Position numbers and translations under genes: made by a program | DNA from: an uncultured bacterium | GTDB lineage: Bacteria > Macinerneyibacteriota > Macinerneyibacteria > Macinerneyibacteriales > CAYRFE01 | Direction: 5' to 3' | Assembly: GCA_964423645.1 (NCBI GenBank) | Contig: CAYRFE010000004.1 | Coordinates: 27,227 to 91,226 of the forward strand | DNA length: 64,000 nucleotides | Shown here: positions 10,278 to 19,360 of the stretch, in pieces | Layout of the letters: every line of letters begins with the position of its first letter | Numbering within the stretch: the first letter of the stretch is position 1 | Notes under the pieces: model-generated | The model's database searches: none | Seen by the model: the letters and a program-made list of their open reading frames with translations, nothing else | Told to the model about the DNA's origin: nothing

Positions 10278-10826
10278 ATGCATCAGAATCCTGAAAGACA
10301 ACACCGTATCATCCGACTCATTCGCCACTTTCCGGTGCGCTATTCGTTCCGCCCGTTGTTGCGAGGCACAGAGCTTGAACAGGCGATGAAAGACTACGAT
10401 ACACCTGAGCTTTTGGATGTTCCAACGGCAATTCCCACCTATTCGTGTATCGGAACATTATATTCGAGTGACCTCAACCGCGCACGTATCACCGCTGAAC
10501 TTCTTTTTAAACAAAAACCGATCACTGATCCGCGCCTTCGCGAATTTGTGTTTGAGCCGGTATTACCGCCATCATGGAAACTGCCGGGGTGGCTTTGGGG
10601 AGTACTCGGACGCTACTGTGCGTCAAAAAAGAAGAATGAATCGTTTCGTACACCGATCATAGAATTTCTTGAAGAACTGCTTGCGACAAACACTGACGCG
10701 ACGATCGTCTGCCACGGCTATGTGATGTATATACTGCAAAAAGAGCTGTTGCGCCGCGGATTTTCGGGGAAAAGATTCCTTACGCCGAAACATGCAAAGC
10801 CGTATATTTTTACCAGGAGAAATTAA
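10278..10826 (+). CDS. Histidine phosphatase family protein (phosphoglycerate mutase-like)
   Basis: LIRH near the N-terminus and IVCHGYVMY near the C-terminus fit the RHG...HG catalytic pattern of the histidine phosphatase superfamily. Its stop overlaps the ATG of the next gene. Confidence 0.45.
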   Translation: MHQNPERQHRIIRLIRHFPVRYSFRPLLRGTELEQAMKDYDTPELLDVPTAIPTYSCIGTLYSSDLNRARITAELLFKQKPITDPRLREFVFEPVLPPSWKLPGWLWGVLGRYCASKKKNESFRTPIIEFLEELLATNTDATIVCHGYVMYILQKELLRRGFSGKRFLTPKHAKPYIFTRRN

Positions 10827-11857
10827 TGAAATCACTTTTTTTCATGCTCAACACGACCGCGTGTAATAACAGCTGTGCTCATTGTTATGTACCGCAACAC
10901 CGAAACAAAAGGTTCAAAACAACACAAGAAATTATCGCTATCTTTGAGATACTATCACGCCTTCGTGAAAAACCGTTACATGCAGAAAATATCACATTGT
11001 ACTTCCATGATGAGCCGACGTTACATCCCGACATTTTACACATTCTCAACCTTGTACAACAGTATAATTTTTCCTATGTACGCGGACTCATGACCAACGG
11101 ATCGGGAATTGCGCTGCGCCCCAACGGGACAACTATTGCAAAAGAAATTTATACCCTTGGCACTACAATGGCATGTATGTCTTTTTTTGGCAATGAACAA
11201 GAACATGACATGTTCGCAGGCAGGAAGGGCGCATATAACAACCTAATAACAGCTATTCATATCTGCAAAAAAATCGGTTTCGCTATTCATATCAATCTTT
11301 TTATTACACCGCAAAACTTACTGTCATTATCAAAAACAGAGCACTTCTTACGAGGAATTAGTGATTCTTTCAATTTCTCCGTTTACGCGCACACTGATCG
11401 CACTGATAAAAACGCCTCAATTCTTCTACAATCACATCACAAAGAATATTTACATACACTTGATTACAATATTGAAAATCCAAGATTACAACTTAAAACA
11501 CAAAAAGAATGGTTTGATATGGTTGAATCAAATGAATGTATGATGCCCTATTTAGGCACTTCTGAAGAAGAACTCGCGTCCGAAGTCACCGATTTTATTG
11601 AGTTTGACAACAAATTATATGATAGTTCAAATATTTTCACATCAAGTTTTATTCATTCGAATCTTTATGAACCGGACTTAGCTCAAAAAATTACAAATAA
11701 TCATACATCCGAGGGAACTCGTACATATAATGAATTACTGAAAGAATTTCCCAAAAAAGGTGCTGATTTTATGAAGGCATATCTTGATATGCAAGACAAT
11801 TCGTTATGGACTTTTTGGAATTTGATTGATCGATACTTCTATTATAGAACTAAATAA
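10826..11857 (+). CDS. Radical SAM protein
   Basis: N-terminal C-x3-C-x2-C (CNNSCAHC), the radical SAM 4Fe-4S motif. Translationally coupled to the phosphatase upstream. Confidence 0.75.
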   Translation: MKSLFFMLNTTACNNSCAHCYVPQHRNKRFKTTQEIIAIFEILSRLREKPLHAENITLYFHDEPTLHPDILHILNLVQQYNFSYVRGLMTNGSGIALRPNGTTIAKEIYTLGTTMACMSFFGNEQEHDMFAGRKGAYNNLITAIHICKKIGFAIHINLFITPQNLLSLSKTEHFLRGISDSFNFSVYAHTDRTDKNASILLQSHHKEYLHTLDYNIENPRLQLKTQKEWFDMVESNECMMPYLGTSEEELASEVTDFIEFDNKLYDSSNIFTSSFIHSNLYEPDLAQKITNNHTSEGTRTYNELLKEFPKKGADFMKAYLDMQDNSLWTFWNLIDRYFYYRTK

Positions 11858-11864
11858 ATAGGCT

Positions 11865-12539
11865 TTAAGACAACTTGAATTTTGCTGCTATTTTATCAAA
11901 CAAATCCGGGTATAACACACGTATACAATCAGGGCAAATCCCGTGTGAGATATCCTCGCCGACTAATTGATACAATTCAGGTGATATATCAATCCACAGA
12001 TTTTTTTCATACTTTGCTTTTTTGCAATTTGAACACACTACAAGAAACGATCTTTTATCCGACGGATAATTTTTCACAGTTGCCTTTAAAAGTCCGATAA
12101 GACTATCAACACTGCCTGTAACTTCGCTTTCTCGTCCTAAATCAATCACAATTCCGCGAATTCGAGCAGGTTTATTGTTTGATAACTTTTCAATCACTGT
12201 TCCCCGATCCATATACCAGCGATACTCCCCCGTTTCCGTTTTGATCCGGTAATCCACCTGATACAGGTCCGTCTCACCTTTCAACACCACCATCATGGCA
12301 TTCATCGTGTAAGCGAAATCATCGGGATGAAGTAAGTCAGTGAATACTTCATATCCTTTATCCTTAAAATCAGCCGGATCATACCCAAGCATAGTAACTT
12401 TCAATTCATTAAAAACGACTTTATTTGTGACAACATCCCATTCCCACCATGCAAAAGGAGAGTTCTTTAGCAACGTAACGGAATCAAAATATGTGCTCAT
12501 AAAACCTCCTATAGTACTCTTTGAAACAACTCTCTGCAT
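11865..12539 (-). CDS. PAS domain protein with C-terminal 4-Cys (CxxC...HGICPDC) module
   Basis: PAS fold (FAWWEWDVVTNKVVF...HPDDF...YRIKTETGEYRWY). C-terminus is VCSNCKKAKYEKNLWIDISPELYQLVGEDISHGICPDCIRVLYPDL. This is homologous to the C-terminus of the hybrid kinase at 30471-33170. Confidence 0.7.
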   Translation of the reverse strand: MQRVVSKSTIGGFMSTYFDSVTLLKNSPFAWWEWDVVTNKVVFNELKVTMLGYDPADFKDKGYEVFTDLLHPDDFAYTMNAMMVVLKGETDLYQVDYRIKTETGEYRWYMDRGTVIEKLSNNKPARIRGIVIDLGRESEVTGSVDSLIGLLKATVKNYPSDKRSFLVVCSNCKKAKYEKNLWIDISPELYQLVGEDISHGICPDCIRVLYPDLFDKIAAKFKLS

Positions 12540-12580
12540 AGTAACATCTCCCGTTATCTATGTAAAGAAAATGTTATACC

Positions 12581-12682
12581 ATATTCGAGCTGATGGTAGT
12601 GATCCGATTCAAGACGATTCCATTCATAATTTGAATTCATACGATCCGTTTCATCCGCAGATTACGCTGATTTTCACAGATT
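12581..12682. repeat. 102-bp direct repeat, copy 1 (4 mismatches vs copy 2)
   Basis: Sequence atattcgagctgatggtagtgatccgattcaagacgattccattcataatttgaattcatacgatcc...cacagatt. It lies immediately 3' of the methyltransferase stop. Read on the minus strand it encodes a duplicated 28-codon N-terminal stub, MNSNYEWNRLESDHYHQLEYGITFSLHR. Confidence 0.85.
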
Positions 12683-13460
12683 ACTGTTTTTCACCGATAA
12701 AAATCATATGTTCAGAGATTTCAGCAATTGCTCGATCCGCAGATGTTTGAGTAATAATCTTTTCCCATGCATTTCGTTTTATCGGATCGTTTAAAGCATT
12801 TGTTGCTTCTTGTAATCCTGATGATAATCCTTCACAACCGGCAATGTCAATTGTTTTCAATCCGCACGATTCGACTTCGGCAATCAATCTTTCAACAGTA
12901 AAAAAATGCCACCGTTCGCCGCGCACAATATTCTCACCTTTTTGTATCAACGATATTCTTTCTTCATCGAGTAATTGGTCACTTGCCTGTTTCATAACTG
13001 TTCGTAACATTGCATAATACCCCATGACACCGAGAATAATTACTCCGTCTTTTTTGGTCACTCGGACTATTTCGGATAAGGCTTGCAACCTTTGTTGTTT
13101 GTCGGCAATGCATGATAGCGGTCCGCCAAGACACAATGTTGCGTCGAATTTATGAGATTCAAATCGCGACATATCACGGATATCACCCTGAACGGCATCA
13201 GTCAACTTATTGTGTACATCCGGTGATTCAAGCGCAAATTTTTGTTTTGCGAGAATAATGTTTTCTTTTGAAATATCCAAAAGTGTTACATCATAGCCTT
13301 TTCTGCACAAATCAAGCGAATATCTACCGGGACCTCCTCCTGCATCAAGTATCTTCCCTGTTTTCGGAAGATATTTATTCAGGTAATGCCACGTAACGAT
13401 ATATTCAAGCTGATGGTAGTAATCCGATTCAAGACGATTCCATTCATAATTTGAATTCAT
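12681..13460 (-). CDS. Class I SAM-dependent methyltransferase
   Basis: ILDAGGGPGRYSLDLCRKGYDVTLLDIS (motif I) and VIILGVMGY. Its first 60 nt and 5'UTR are duplicated just after its stop (see repeat features). Confidence 0.8.
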   Translation of the reverse strand: MNSNYEWNRLESDYYHQLEYIVTWHYLNKYLPKTGKILDAGGGPGRYSLDLCRKGYDVTLLDISKENIILAKQKFALESPDVHNKLTDAVQGDIRDMSRFESHKFDATLCLGGPLSCIADKQQRLQALSEIVRVTKKDGVIILGVMGYYAMLRTVMKQASDQLLDEERISLIQKGENIVRGERWHFFTVERLIAEVESCGLKTIDIAGCEGLSSGLQEATNALNDPIKRNAWEKIITQTSADRAIAEISEHMIFIGEKQ

Positions 13461-13502
13461 ACGATCCCTTTCATCCGCAGATTACGCTGATTTTCACAGA
13501 TT
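13401..13502. repeat. 102-bp direct repeat, copy 2
   Basis: Near-identical to 12581-12682. Covers the first 20 codons and 42 nt of 5'UTR of the methyltransferase. Confidence 0.85.
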
Positions 13503-13874
13503 TAAAACCAACCTTTTATATTCTAACGACACTCCCCCGAAATTAATAAGAAGCGCACGATTAAACCCGGACGCCTTTAGATAATTAATAACTTGCGCCT
13601 CTTCGTTACCGGAAAGCATTGCAATAGCTTTCAACTCGACTATTACAGAGGTAAAACAAATAAAATCCGCTTTATAATACGTTTTCATTGGTTTGCCACG
13701 GTAAGATAGTGATAGTTCTTTTTCTCGAACATAAGGAATACCTTGTATAATGAATTCTTCTTCCAATGCTTCCTGATACACAGCTTCAAGGAAACCATGT
13801 CCGAGTTCACGATGCACGCGCATCGCTGCACCTATAATAGCATACGTTTCTTTGTCGTTATAATCAGCGTTCAT
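13494..13874 (-). CDS. GxxExxY family protein (PD-(D/E)XK-like)
   Basis: YAIIGAAMRVHRELGHGFLEAVYQEALEEEF is the GxxExxY family signature. About 125 aa. Confidence 0.75.
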   Translation of the reverse strand: MNADYNDKETYAIIGAAMRVHRELGHGFLEAVYQEALEEEFIIQGIPYVREKELSLSYRGKPMKTYYKADFICFTSVIVELKAIAMLSGNEEAQVINYLKASGFNRALLINFGGVSLEYKRLVLNL

Positions 13875-13898
13875 CTGCGTTAATCTGCGGATAAAAAG

Positions 13899-14861
13899 TT
13901 ATTTCAAATGCTTCTTCGCCCATTCCGCTGTTTTCAATATGCCTTCGTCAAGGTCGATCTTCGGCTCAAACTGTAGTATTTCCCGCGCTTTTTCGATCGA
14001 CGGGATACGCAAGTCGATATCCGCTGAAAGGTCCGGTTTGAAATAGATCTTCGACTTTGAATCCAACACGCGACATATCGTCTGTGCAAGCCCGTAAATA
14101 GTGATGATCGCACGCGGATTACCGATATTGAAGGTCTCGCCTATAGCGTTCTTGTTCTCAAGACATGCCAAAAGCCCGTCTACGAAATCGTCGACAAAAC
14201 ACCATGCACGAATACGGCTTCCGTCTCCGTAAATATTGATATCTTTATTCTGTAATGCATTGTTAATAAATATCTGAATCGCGCCCTCACCTGTTTGCCC
14301 GGGGCCGTAGACATTGAACGGACGCACGCTCACGGTAGGAAGTTTGAACTCTTTGTTGTAGGCCATGGTGAGATGCTCACCCGCAAGTTTGCTCACCGCA
14401 TAGGTCCAACGTGCTTCACCGGCCGTACCGGCCACGGTGCTGTCGGTCTCGGCTGATTTATATGCCATACTTCCGAATACTTCTGATGTGGAAAAATCAA
14501 TGAATCTATCCTTAATACCATTTTCCTTAGCCGCCTCAAGCGCATGTGCAGTACCGATCATATTCACCCGCATCGTTTTGGTCGGATGCACGATAACAGT
14601 ATCAATACCCGCGATCGCCGCCGCATGGATCACGATATCGGCACCCTTCATCGCGTTTTTCAAAGACTCATACTCAAGCACATCACCTTTTACGGCAGTA
14701 AGATTTTTATGATGTGCATACTTGCTGTCACTCAACGTATCACGGTGAAAATTATCATATGCGACTATCTCATTGCCTTCGATCAACTTTTCTATCACTT
14801 TGTTTGCAATAAATCCTGCACCGCCCGTAATAAAAATGCGCTTGCCCTTTATCATATCCAA
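13899..14861 (-). CDS. NAD-dependent sugar epimerase/dehydratase (SDR)
   Basis: [10 protein letters not shown] Rossmann motif, YAVSK (YxxxK) and TSEVFG. The probable start is MIKGKRIF, 2 codons into the track ORF. Confidence 0.85.
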   Translation of the reverse strand: MDMIKGKRIFITGGAGFIANKVIEKLIEGNEIVAYDNFHRDTLSDSKYAHHKNLTAVKGDVLEYESLKNAMKGADIVIHAAAIAGIDTVIVHPTKTMRVNMIGTAHALEAAKENGIKDRFIDFSTSEVFGSMAYKSAETDSTVAGTAGEARWTYAVSKLAGEHLTMAYNKEFKLPTVSVRPFNVYGPGQTGEGAIQIFINNALQNKDINIYGDGSRIRAWCFVDDFVDGLLACLENKNAIGETFNIGNPRAIITIYGLAQTICRVLDSKSKIYFKPDLSADIDLRIPSIEKAREILQFEPKIDLDEGILKTAEWAKKHLK

Positions 14862-14866
14862 CCCCC

Positions 14867-16096
14867 TTATTTGCTTTCGCTGTCGTTATATTTATCAAAG
14901 ATCCGCACTTGTGTCTGTTCTCCGGTCGTATTATAAATAACTTTCAATTCATCGTAGGTATACGGACGTGTGAACTTAAGATAAAAACTTTTCGGCACAA
15001 GATTCATGTTCGAAAGGATCTTGAACAACCAGCGAAGTTTCTCAAACGTCTGCTTATACGTCTTGTAGTCAAGAAACGTTTTCTTCGGCGCGTTCATCGT
15101 TGCGTCAAATTCCTCGTCGATAAATCCGAGACGTTTTTTCACCTCGTCGAGAATGTCTTTATCAAACGGTTTCGGTTCTTTAATTTTCACAAGCGCTTCA
15201 TCACGCGTCATCTGACCGGAGCGAATAAGTGCAGAAAATTCGCAAAACCGCAGATCGATATTGAATTTCAACGGCAGATAATAATTGTTGGCAAAATATG
15301 CCGTGCGATTCTCCATGTGATGCCCGCCGTACCACTGCCAACCCAGCTCGGATGAAAGGAACTTCTTGACCTCTTCTTTGTTGTAATCAAGATAGTACAA
15401 CGGACGAATTTTTTTGATACCGTCGAATGTGATCCACTTCAGCCAACGCGTGATCCAGAGATTGGGAAGCGTTTTTATCGGCAGAGAGCCGAATTTTTTC
15501 TGAATACCTGCAATATACTTCGCATCCATATAAAACCAACCGACGGGAGAGATCCCTTCGGTGCGGAACGAATGCCCTTCGAAAATGTATTTGATACCGT
15601 ATTTTTTGGCGGCAAGATAATGTGTGGTGGCAAGCGCAATGTCGGCAGGCGTGTCTATTTCGGGTACGGACGCCTTCATGAAGGATTTAAAAATGTCGTT
15701 ATATTCTTTGTTGTCCACGACATGCGTGTAGAGGTCGATACCGAGTTTTTTGGTCACCGCGTAAATATTCTCCACAGCGATCTTTGAATCCCATGTATTG
15801 TCGAAATGCACGGCAAGCGGACGTAATCCCAACACTTCTTTTGCGTAATACATCAGATACGACGAATCACAGCCGCCGCTTACGCCGATCACGATATCGT
15901 ATTTTTTACGCTTGCTTTCTTTTTTGATCTTTTCGGCCAAGGCGACAAGATACTGTGTGCCTTCATCGCCGGTGGGATATTCTTTATCGAGCTGTTCGAT
16001 CTGCCGGCAGTAGTTGCAAACTCCTTCTTCGTCAAAACTGATGTTCGGGATCCGTTCGTCGTAAATACATCGGTTGCATACCTGCATGGCGGTCAT
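14867..16096 (-). CDS. N-acetyl sugar amidotransferase, WbuX-type (PP-loop ATPase)
   Basis: N-terminal Cys cluster CNRC...CNYCRQ. PP-loop SGGCDSSY. WbuX/LPS-AsnB-like family; it normally pairs with the HisH/HisF-like genes at 17272-18808. Confidence 0.75.
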   Translation of the reverse strand: MTAMQVCNRCIYDERIPNISFDEEGVCNYCRQIEQLDKEYPTGDEGTQYLVALAEKIKKESKRKKYDIVIGVSGGCDSSYLMYYAKEVLGLRPLAVHFDNTWDSKIAVENIYAVTKKLGIDLYTHVVDNKEYNDIFKSFMKASVPEIDTPADIALATTHYLAAKKYGIKYIFEGHSFRTEGISPVGWFYMDAKYIAGIQKKFGSLPIKTLPNLWITRWLKWITFDGIKKIRPLYYLDYNKEEVKKFLSSELGWQWYGGHHMENRTAYFANNYYLPLKFNIDLRFCEFSALIRSGQMTRDEALVKIKEPKPFDKDILDEVKKRLGFIDEEFDATMNAPKKTFLDYKTYKQTFEKLRWLFKILSNMNLVPKSFYLKFTRPYTYDELKVIYNTTGEQTQVRIFDKYNDSESK

Positions 16097-16201
16097 TCCT
16101 TTCGCGGTGTGATTCTACCTTCATTATCGGTAAAACGAGTAATTCCTGAAGGTTCGTACAAGTATACAACATAAATTACGTCTCTTCACGCATTTTTTTT
16201 A

Positions 16202-16795
16202 TTAAGAAAATGGATTCTCCTCGTCGTCCTGCCACCGGGCAGGATTATTGATGATGTATTCACGAATGCGGTTGAGATCGGATTCATCGCGAATGATGTG
16301 TTCGTAATAATTGCGTTGCCATAATCGCGTATTAAATCGTTTCCATTGTAATTCATTTACACCGCGTACATATAATAACGTCGTCAACGATTTGTATTCA
16401 CCAACAATTTTGCCCAATGTTACCGTAGGGGCAATCCCTTGTGGTTGCCCATGTAATTGTGATAATTCATTTTCATTACCCTCGAGGGCGCCCACAAGAG
16501 GCGCCCCTACGGTGGATTCGATTTCATGAATATACAAAATTCCGTGGAAATGATTCGGCATGATCACGAATTCATCCAATTCAACCGATGGATAATGATC
16601 GGGGATCTCCAACCAACATCGTTCAACCATTTTCCCCGCGTCGTTCAATACCATCTCGCCGTCGATGATATCGCCGAATAGGCATTCCCGATTGTGCGCG
16701 CAAACGGTCACAAAATACACCCCTGCCGAGGAATAATCATACTCTTTCAGGCGGAGAGAATGACGGTGGAATTTATTTTTAAATAGCAAGATCAC
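16202..16795 (-). CDS. REP-associated tyrosine transposase / IS200-IS605 TnpA-like HUH (Y1) transposase
   Basis: HUH motif VIMPNHFHGILYI. Catalytic Tyr region WQRNYYEHIIRDESDLNRIREYIINNPARW. About 197 aa, as in RAYTs. Confidence 0.75.
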   Translation of the reverse strand: MILLFKNKFHRHSLRLKEYDYSSAGVYFVTVCAHNRECLFGDIIDGEMVLNDAGKMVERCWLEIPDHYPSVELDEFVIMPNHFHGILYIHEIESTVGAPLVGALEGNENELSQLHGQPQGIAPTVTLGKIVGEYKSLTTLLYVRGVNELQWKRFNTRLWQRNYYEHIIRDESDLNRIREYIINNPARWQDDEENPFS

Positions 16796-16864
16796 ATCTT
16801 TTCATCCAGAACCATAACAATTTCCCAAAATAAAAGCTTAGATTTATATTACTGAATGTTCTTG

Positions 16865-17176
16865 TTAACCTATCCAATCTTTGGAATAAACCTTTCCATT
16901 TACAAAAGTTATATAAATTATTTTTATCTTTAGACCCAATTTTGTTCCCGCACTTTTATATGTCCAATATTCAAACGTTCCAAAGCTTTTTGTCGTTGTC
17001 TCTCCAACTTCATCAGGTTTTCGACCGATTATTTCAATAACTTTTTCTTTAGTCATTCCTATATCAATCTTATCATAATTTTTTTTCGTGATTTTAAATA
17101 CTGCACCATAAATATTCAATGAATCAATTAACAATATTAATACAACCACGACTCTAATAATGTTTCTTTTTGTCAT
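16865..17176 (-). CDS. Small secreted protein (possibly BamE/SmpA-OmlA-like)
   Basis: Signal peptide, then GMTKEKVIEIIGRKPDE. Very AT-rich codon usage. Confidence 0.4.
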   Translation of the reverse strand: MTKRNIIRVVVVLILLIDSLNIYGAVFKITKKNYDKIDIGMTKEKVIEIIGRKPDEVGETTTKSFGTFEYWTYKSAGTKLGLKIKIIYITFVNGKVYSKDWIG

Positions 17177-17271
17177 AATGCTTCTCCTTGAATAATAAAA
17201 TCACAACCATTATCTGCCACCTATCCTCCCACCAATACAACATTGCCCGACCAACACAAAAAAAAACTTCC

Positions 17272-18033
17272 TCACGGCACCAATCTCTTCAATTCCTCCT
17301 GTAAGGGGAAATTGATAAGCACCGATCGGATCCGTCCCTGGTAGATGAACAAACTTCCCGCCGCCACGGCGGATGCTTTGCCTTCCTGCACGACCTTGGC
17401 GATATCAGCATATTCACCTGCGCCGCCCAGTGCGATCACGGGTATATTCACCGCATCGGTGACCATTCGCACAAGTTCGCAATCATACCCGTCCATCATG
17501 CCGTCGCGGTCGATGCTGTTGAGAAGGATCTCTCCTGCGCCGAGTTCTTCCATCTTTTTCGCATACGTAACAGGATCTTCCCCCGTATTCTTCGTGCCGT
17601 GCCGAGTGAATACTTTGTAACCGCCGAACATTGTTTTTTTCACGTCGATGGATGCGATGATGCTCTGATTACCAAAAATTCGCGCCGCTTCTGAGACAAA
17701 CGCGGGATTTTCGTATGCATAAGAATTCACCGCCACTTTCTCCACCCCCAGTTTGAATATCGTGCGTATATCGTCGATAGAACGGATCGCACCGCTGTAC
17801 GCCATCGGCATAAAACACTCGCTTGTGATCTCTTCGATAAGCGCGAAGGGCGGTTTACGCCCGTCAACAGTAGCAGTAATATCGGCGATTATGAGTTCAT
17901 CGACTTCTTTTTCGTTATAAATTTTGATGGCATTCACCGGATCACCGATATAATTGAGTTTCTTGAATTGTATGGATTTGACCAAACGACCATCCTGTAC
18001 AAGTAAACACGGCATCACACGAGTTTTCAGCAT
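17272..18033 (-). CDS. Imidazole glycerol phosphate synthase cyclase subunit-like, WbuZ-type (HisF family)
   Basis: HisF-like TIM barrel (RVMPCLLVQDGRLVK...DELIIADITAT...GGAGEYAD). Glycan-cluster context rather than a his operon. Confidence 0.85.
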   Translation of the reverse strand: MLKTRVMPCLLVQDGRLVKSIQFKKLNYIGDPVNAIKIYNEKEVDELIIADITATVDGRKPPFALIEEITSECFMPMAYSGAIRSIDDIRTIFKLGVEKVAVNSYAYENPAFVSEAARIFGNQSIIASIDVKKTMFGGYKVFTRHGTKNTGEDPVTYAKKMEELGAGEILLNSIDRDGMMDGYDCELVRMVTDAVNIPVIALGGAGEYADIAKVVQEGKASAVAAGSLFIYQGRIRSVLINFPLQEELKRLVP

Positions 18034-18060
18034 TGAGATCCCTTTAATTCATACGTATGA

Positions 18061-18150
18061 TGTGTGCCCACCCCGTACCCCTCCCGTAATGATCGGGATG
18101 GGTTTTTGTAATTATAGTGTGGGGACGTTGTCCCCACACCCCTGATAAAA
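18061..18150. repeat. REP/MITE-like element copy (partial, inverted orientation)
   Basis: tgtgcccaccccgtacccctcccgtaatgatcgggatggg ... tgtggggacgttgtccccacacccc. Palindromic G/C-run hairpins matching the 29957-30120 element. Confidence 0.6.
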
Positions 18151-18193
18151 TATTCATGACAATACATATTTTCACTATTCCATCTATTCACAA

Positions 18194-18808
18194 TTAAAGC
18201 TCCGCGAAGTTTTTAAGTAACTTCATGCCGAATTTGTGACTTTTTTCAGGATGAAACTGCGCTCCGTAGATATTACCGCGCTCTACTGCCGAAGTAAAGG
18301 CATAGCCGTATTCGGTCTTACATAATGAGTCGCTGTCATCGGTACATACCACATGAAACGAATGCACAAAATAATAACGCGGTTCATCATACATATCGGC
18401 AAACAACTTACTCTCTTTGCATATCTCCACCGTATTCCATCCCATATGCGGAATACGCAGTTTCGCATTTTCTCCGGTGAACGCAAACCGCTTTGTTTCA
18501 CCTTTGATCCACCCTAAGCCGGGAAGTGTACCTTCTTCGCTTCTTTCGGTAAGTAACTGCATCCCAAGGCAAATACCGAGTGTGGGTGTTTTTTCCGCAA
18601 GAACTTTTTCGCGTAATACGGGGATAAGCTTCATCTCATTAAGATTTTTCATGGCATTATCAAATGCTCCTACGCCGGGTAAAATCAACTTATCCGCCGT
18701 CATGATCTCGTCATGCGAAGAAGCAATTTTTACGGCAACTCCCACTTTTTTAAACATGTTTTGAATTGATTTCAAATTACCCATACCGTAATCGACAATC
18801 ACGATCAT
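18194..18808 (-). CDS. Glutamine amidotransferase subunit, WbuY-type (HisH family)
   Basis: Class I GATase: GICLGMQLL catalytic Cys, with HPE at the C-terminus. Confidence 0.85.
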   Translation of the reverse strand: MIVIVDYGMGNLKSIQNMFKKVGVAVKIASSHDEIMTADKLILPGVGAFDNAMKNLNEMKLIPVLREKVLAEKTPTLGICLGMQLLTERSEEGTLPGLGWIKGETKRFAFTGENAKLRIPHMGWNTVEICKESKLFADMYDEPRYYFVHSFHVVCTDDSDSLCKTEYGYAFTSAVERGNIYGAQFHPEKSHKFGMKLLKNFAEL

Positions 18809-19356
18809 TCTGTTTCACCGTGATCCCTATATCGTAATATTTTCGCCGGCACTCCTGCCGCTACTGCAAAAGGCGGAATATCATGCGTCACTACCGCACC
18901 TGCGCCTATAATTGCACCTTCACCGATGGTCACACCCGGCAAAATGATCGTCCCGACACCGATGTCGCTACCGTCGCCGATCACCACCGGTTTGAAGTCC
19001 AACGGATTATGCATGACGGGCTTGGTAATATCTCCCGCGTCTTCATGAACCGAAGTAAGAATTTTCACATGAGGACCGATGCCTACTCCCTTTCCGATAG
19101 TAATAGTTCCGGCGCTATGGAAAAAACATCCTTGCCCGATCCATGTATGATCACCAATATGCATTTCATTTTTGTAATATCCTTTCAGGACAGTACCATG
19201 ACCGATATAAATATTGTTCCCGAGCATAAGCGTCTCAGGGTGAAACACCAGCACTCCCGGCTCGATCACAACATTGTCACCGATTGTTTTAAACTGTTCC
19301 CGAGTAAATTCACCCGTTCCGTGAGATTGAAATTTCTTTATACTTGAAAAATCCAT
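18805..19356 (-). CDS. Sugar N/O-acetyltransferase, left-handed beta-helix (hexapeptide) family
   Basis: Repeated [LIV]G-x4 hexapeptides (IGDGSDIGVGTIILPGVTIGEGAIIGAGAVV). Confidence 0.8.
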   Translation of the reverse strand: MDFSSIKKFQSHGTGEFTREQFKTIGDNVVIEPGVLVFHPETLMLGNNIYIGHGTVLKGYYKNEMHIGDHTWIGQGCFFHSAGTITIGKGVGIGPHVKILTSVHEDAGDITKPVMHNPLDFKPVVIGDGSDIGVGTIILPGVTIGEGAIIGAGAVVTHDIPPFAVAAGVPAKILRYRDHGETE

Positions 19357-19360
19357 ACCA

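Larger units (their letters stand above)
16100..17271. mobile_element. AT-rich insertion island with an IS200-like/RAYT transposase gene inside the wbuXYZ cassette
   Basis: Two genes interrupt the otherwise contiguous wbuZ-wbuX pair. The 16800-17270 segment is visibly much more AT-rich than its flanks. Confidence 0.5.

Noticed and set aside
17272-18808. Annotating the HisF/HisH-like genes as histidine biosynthesis hisF/hisH
   Set aside because: There are no other his genes nearby. They sit with a WbuX-type amidotransferase and sugar-modifying enzymes, the established WbuXYZ context.
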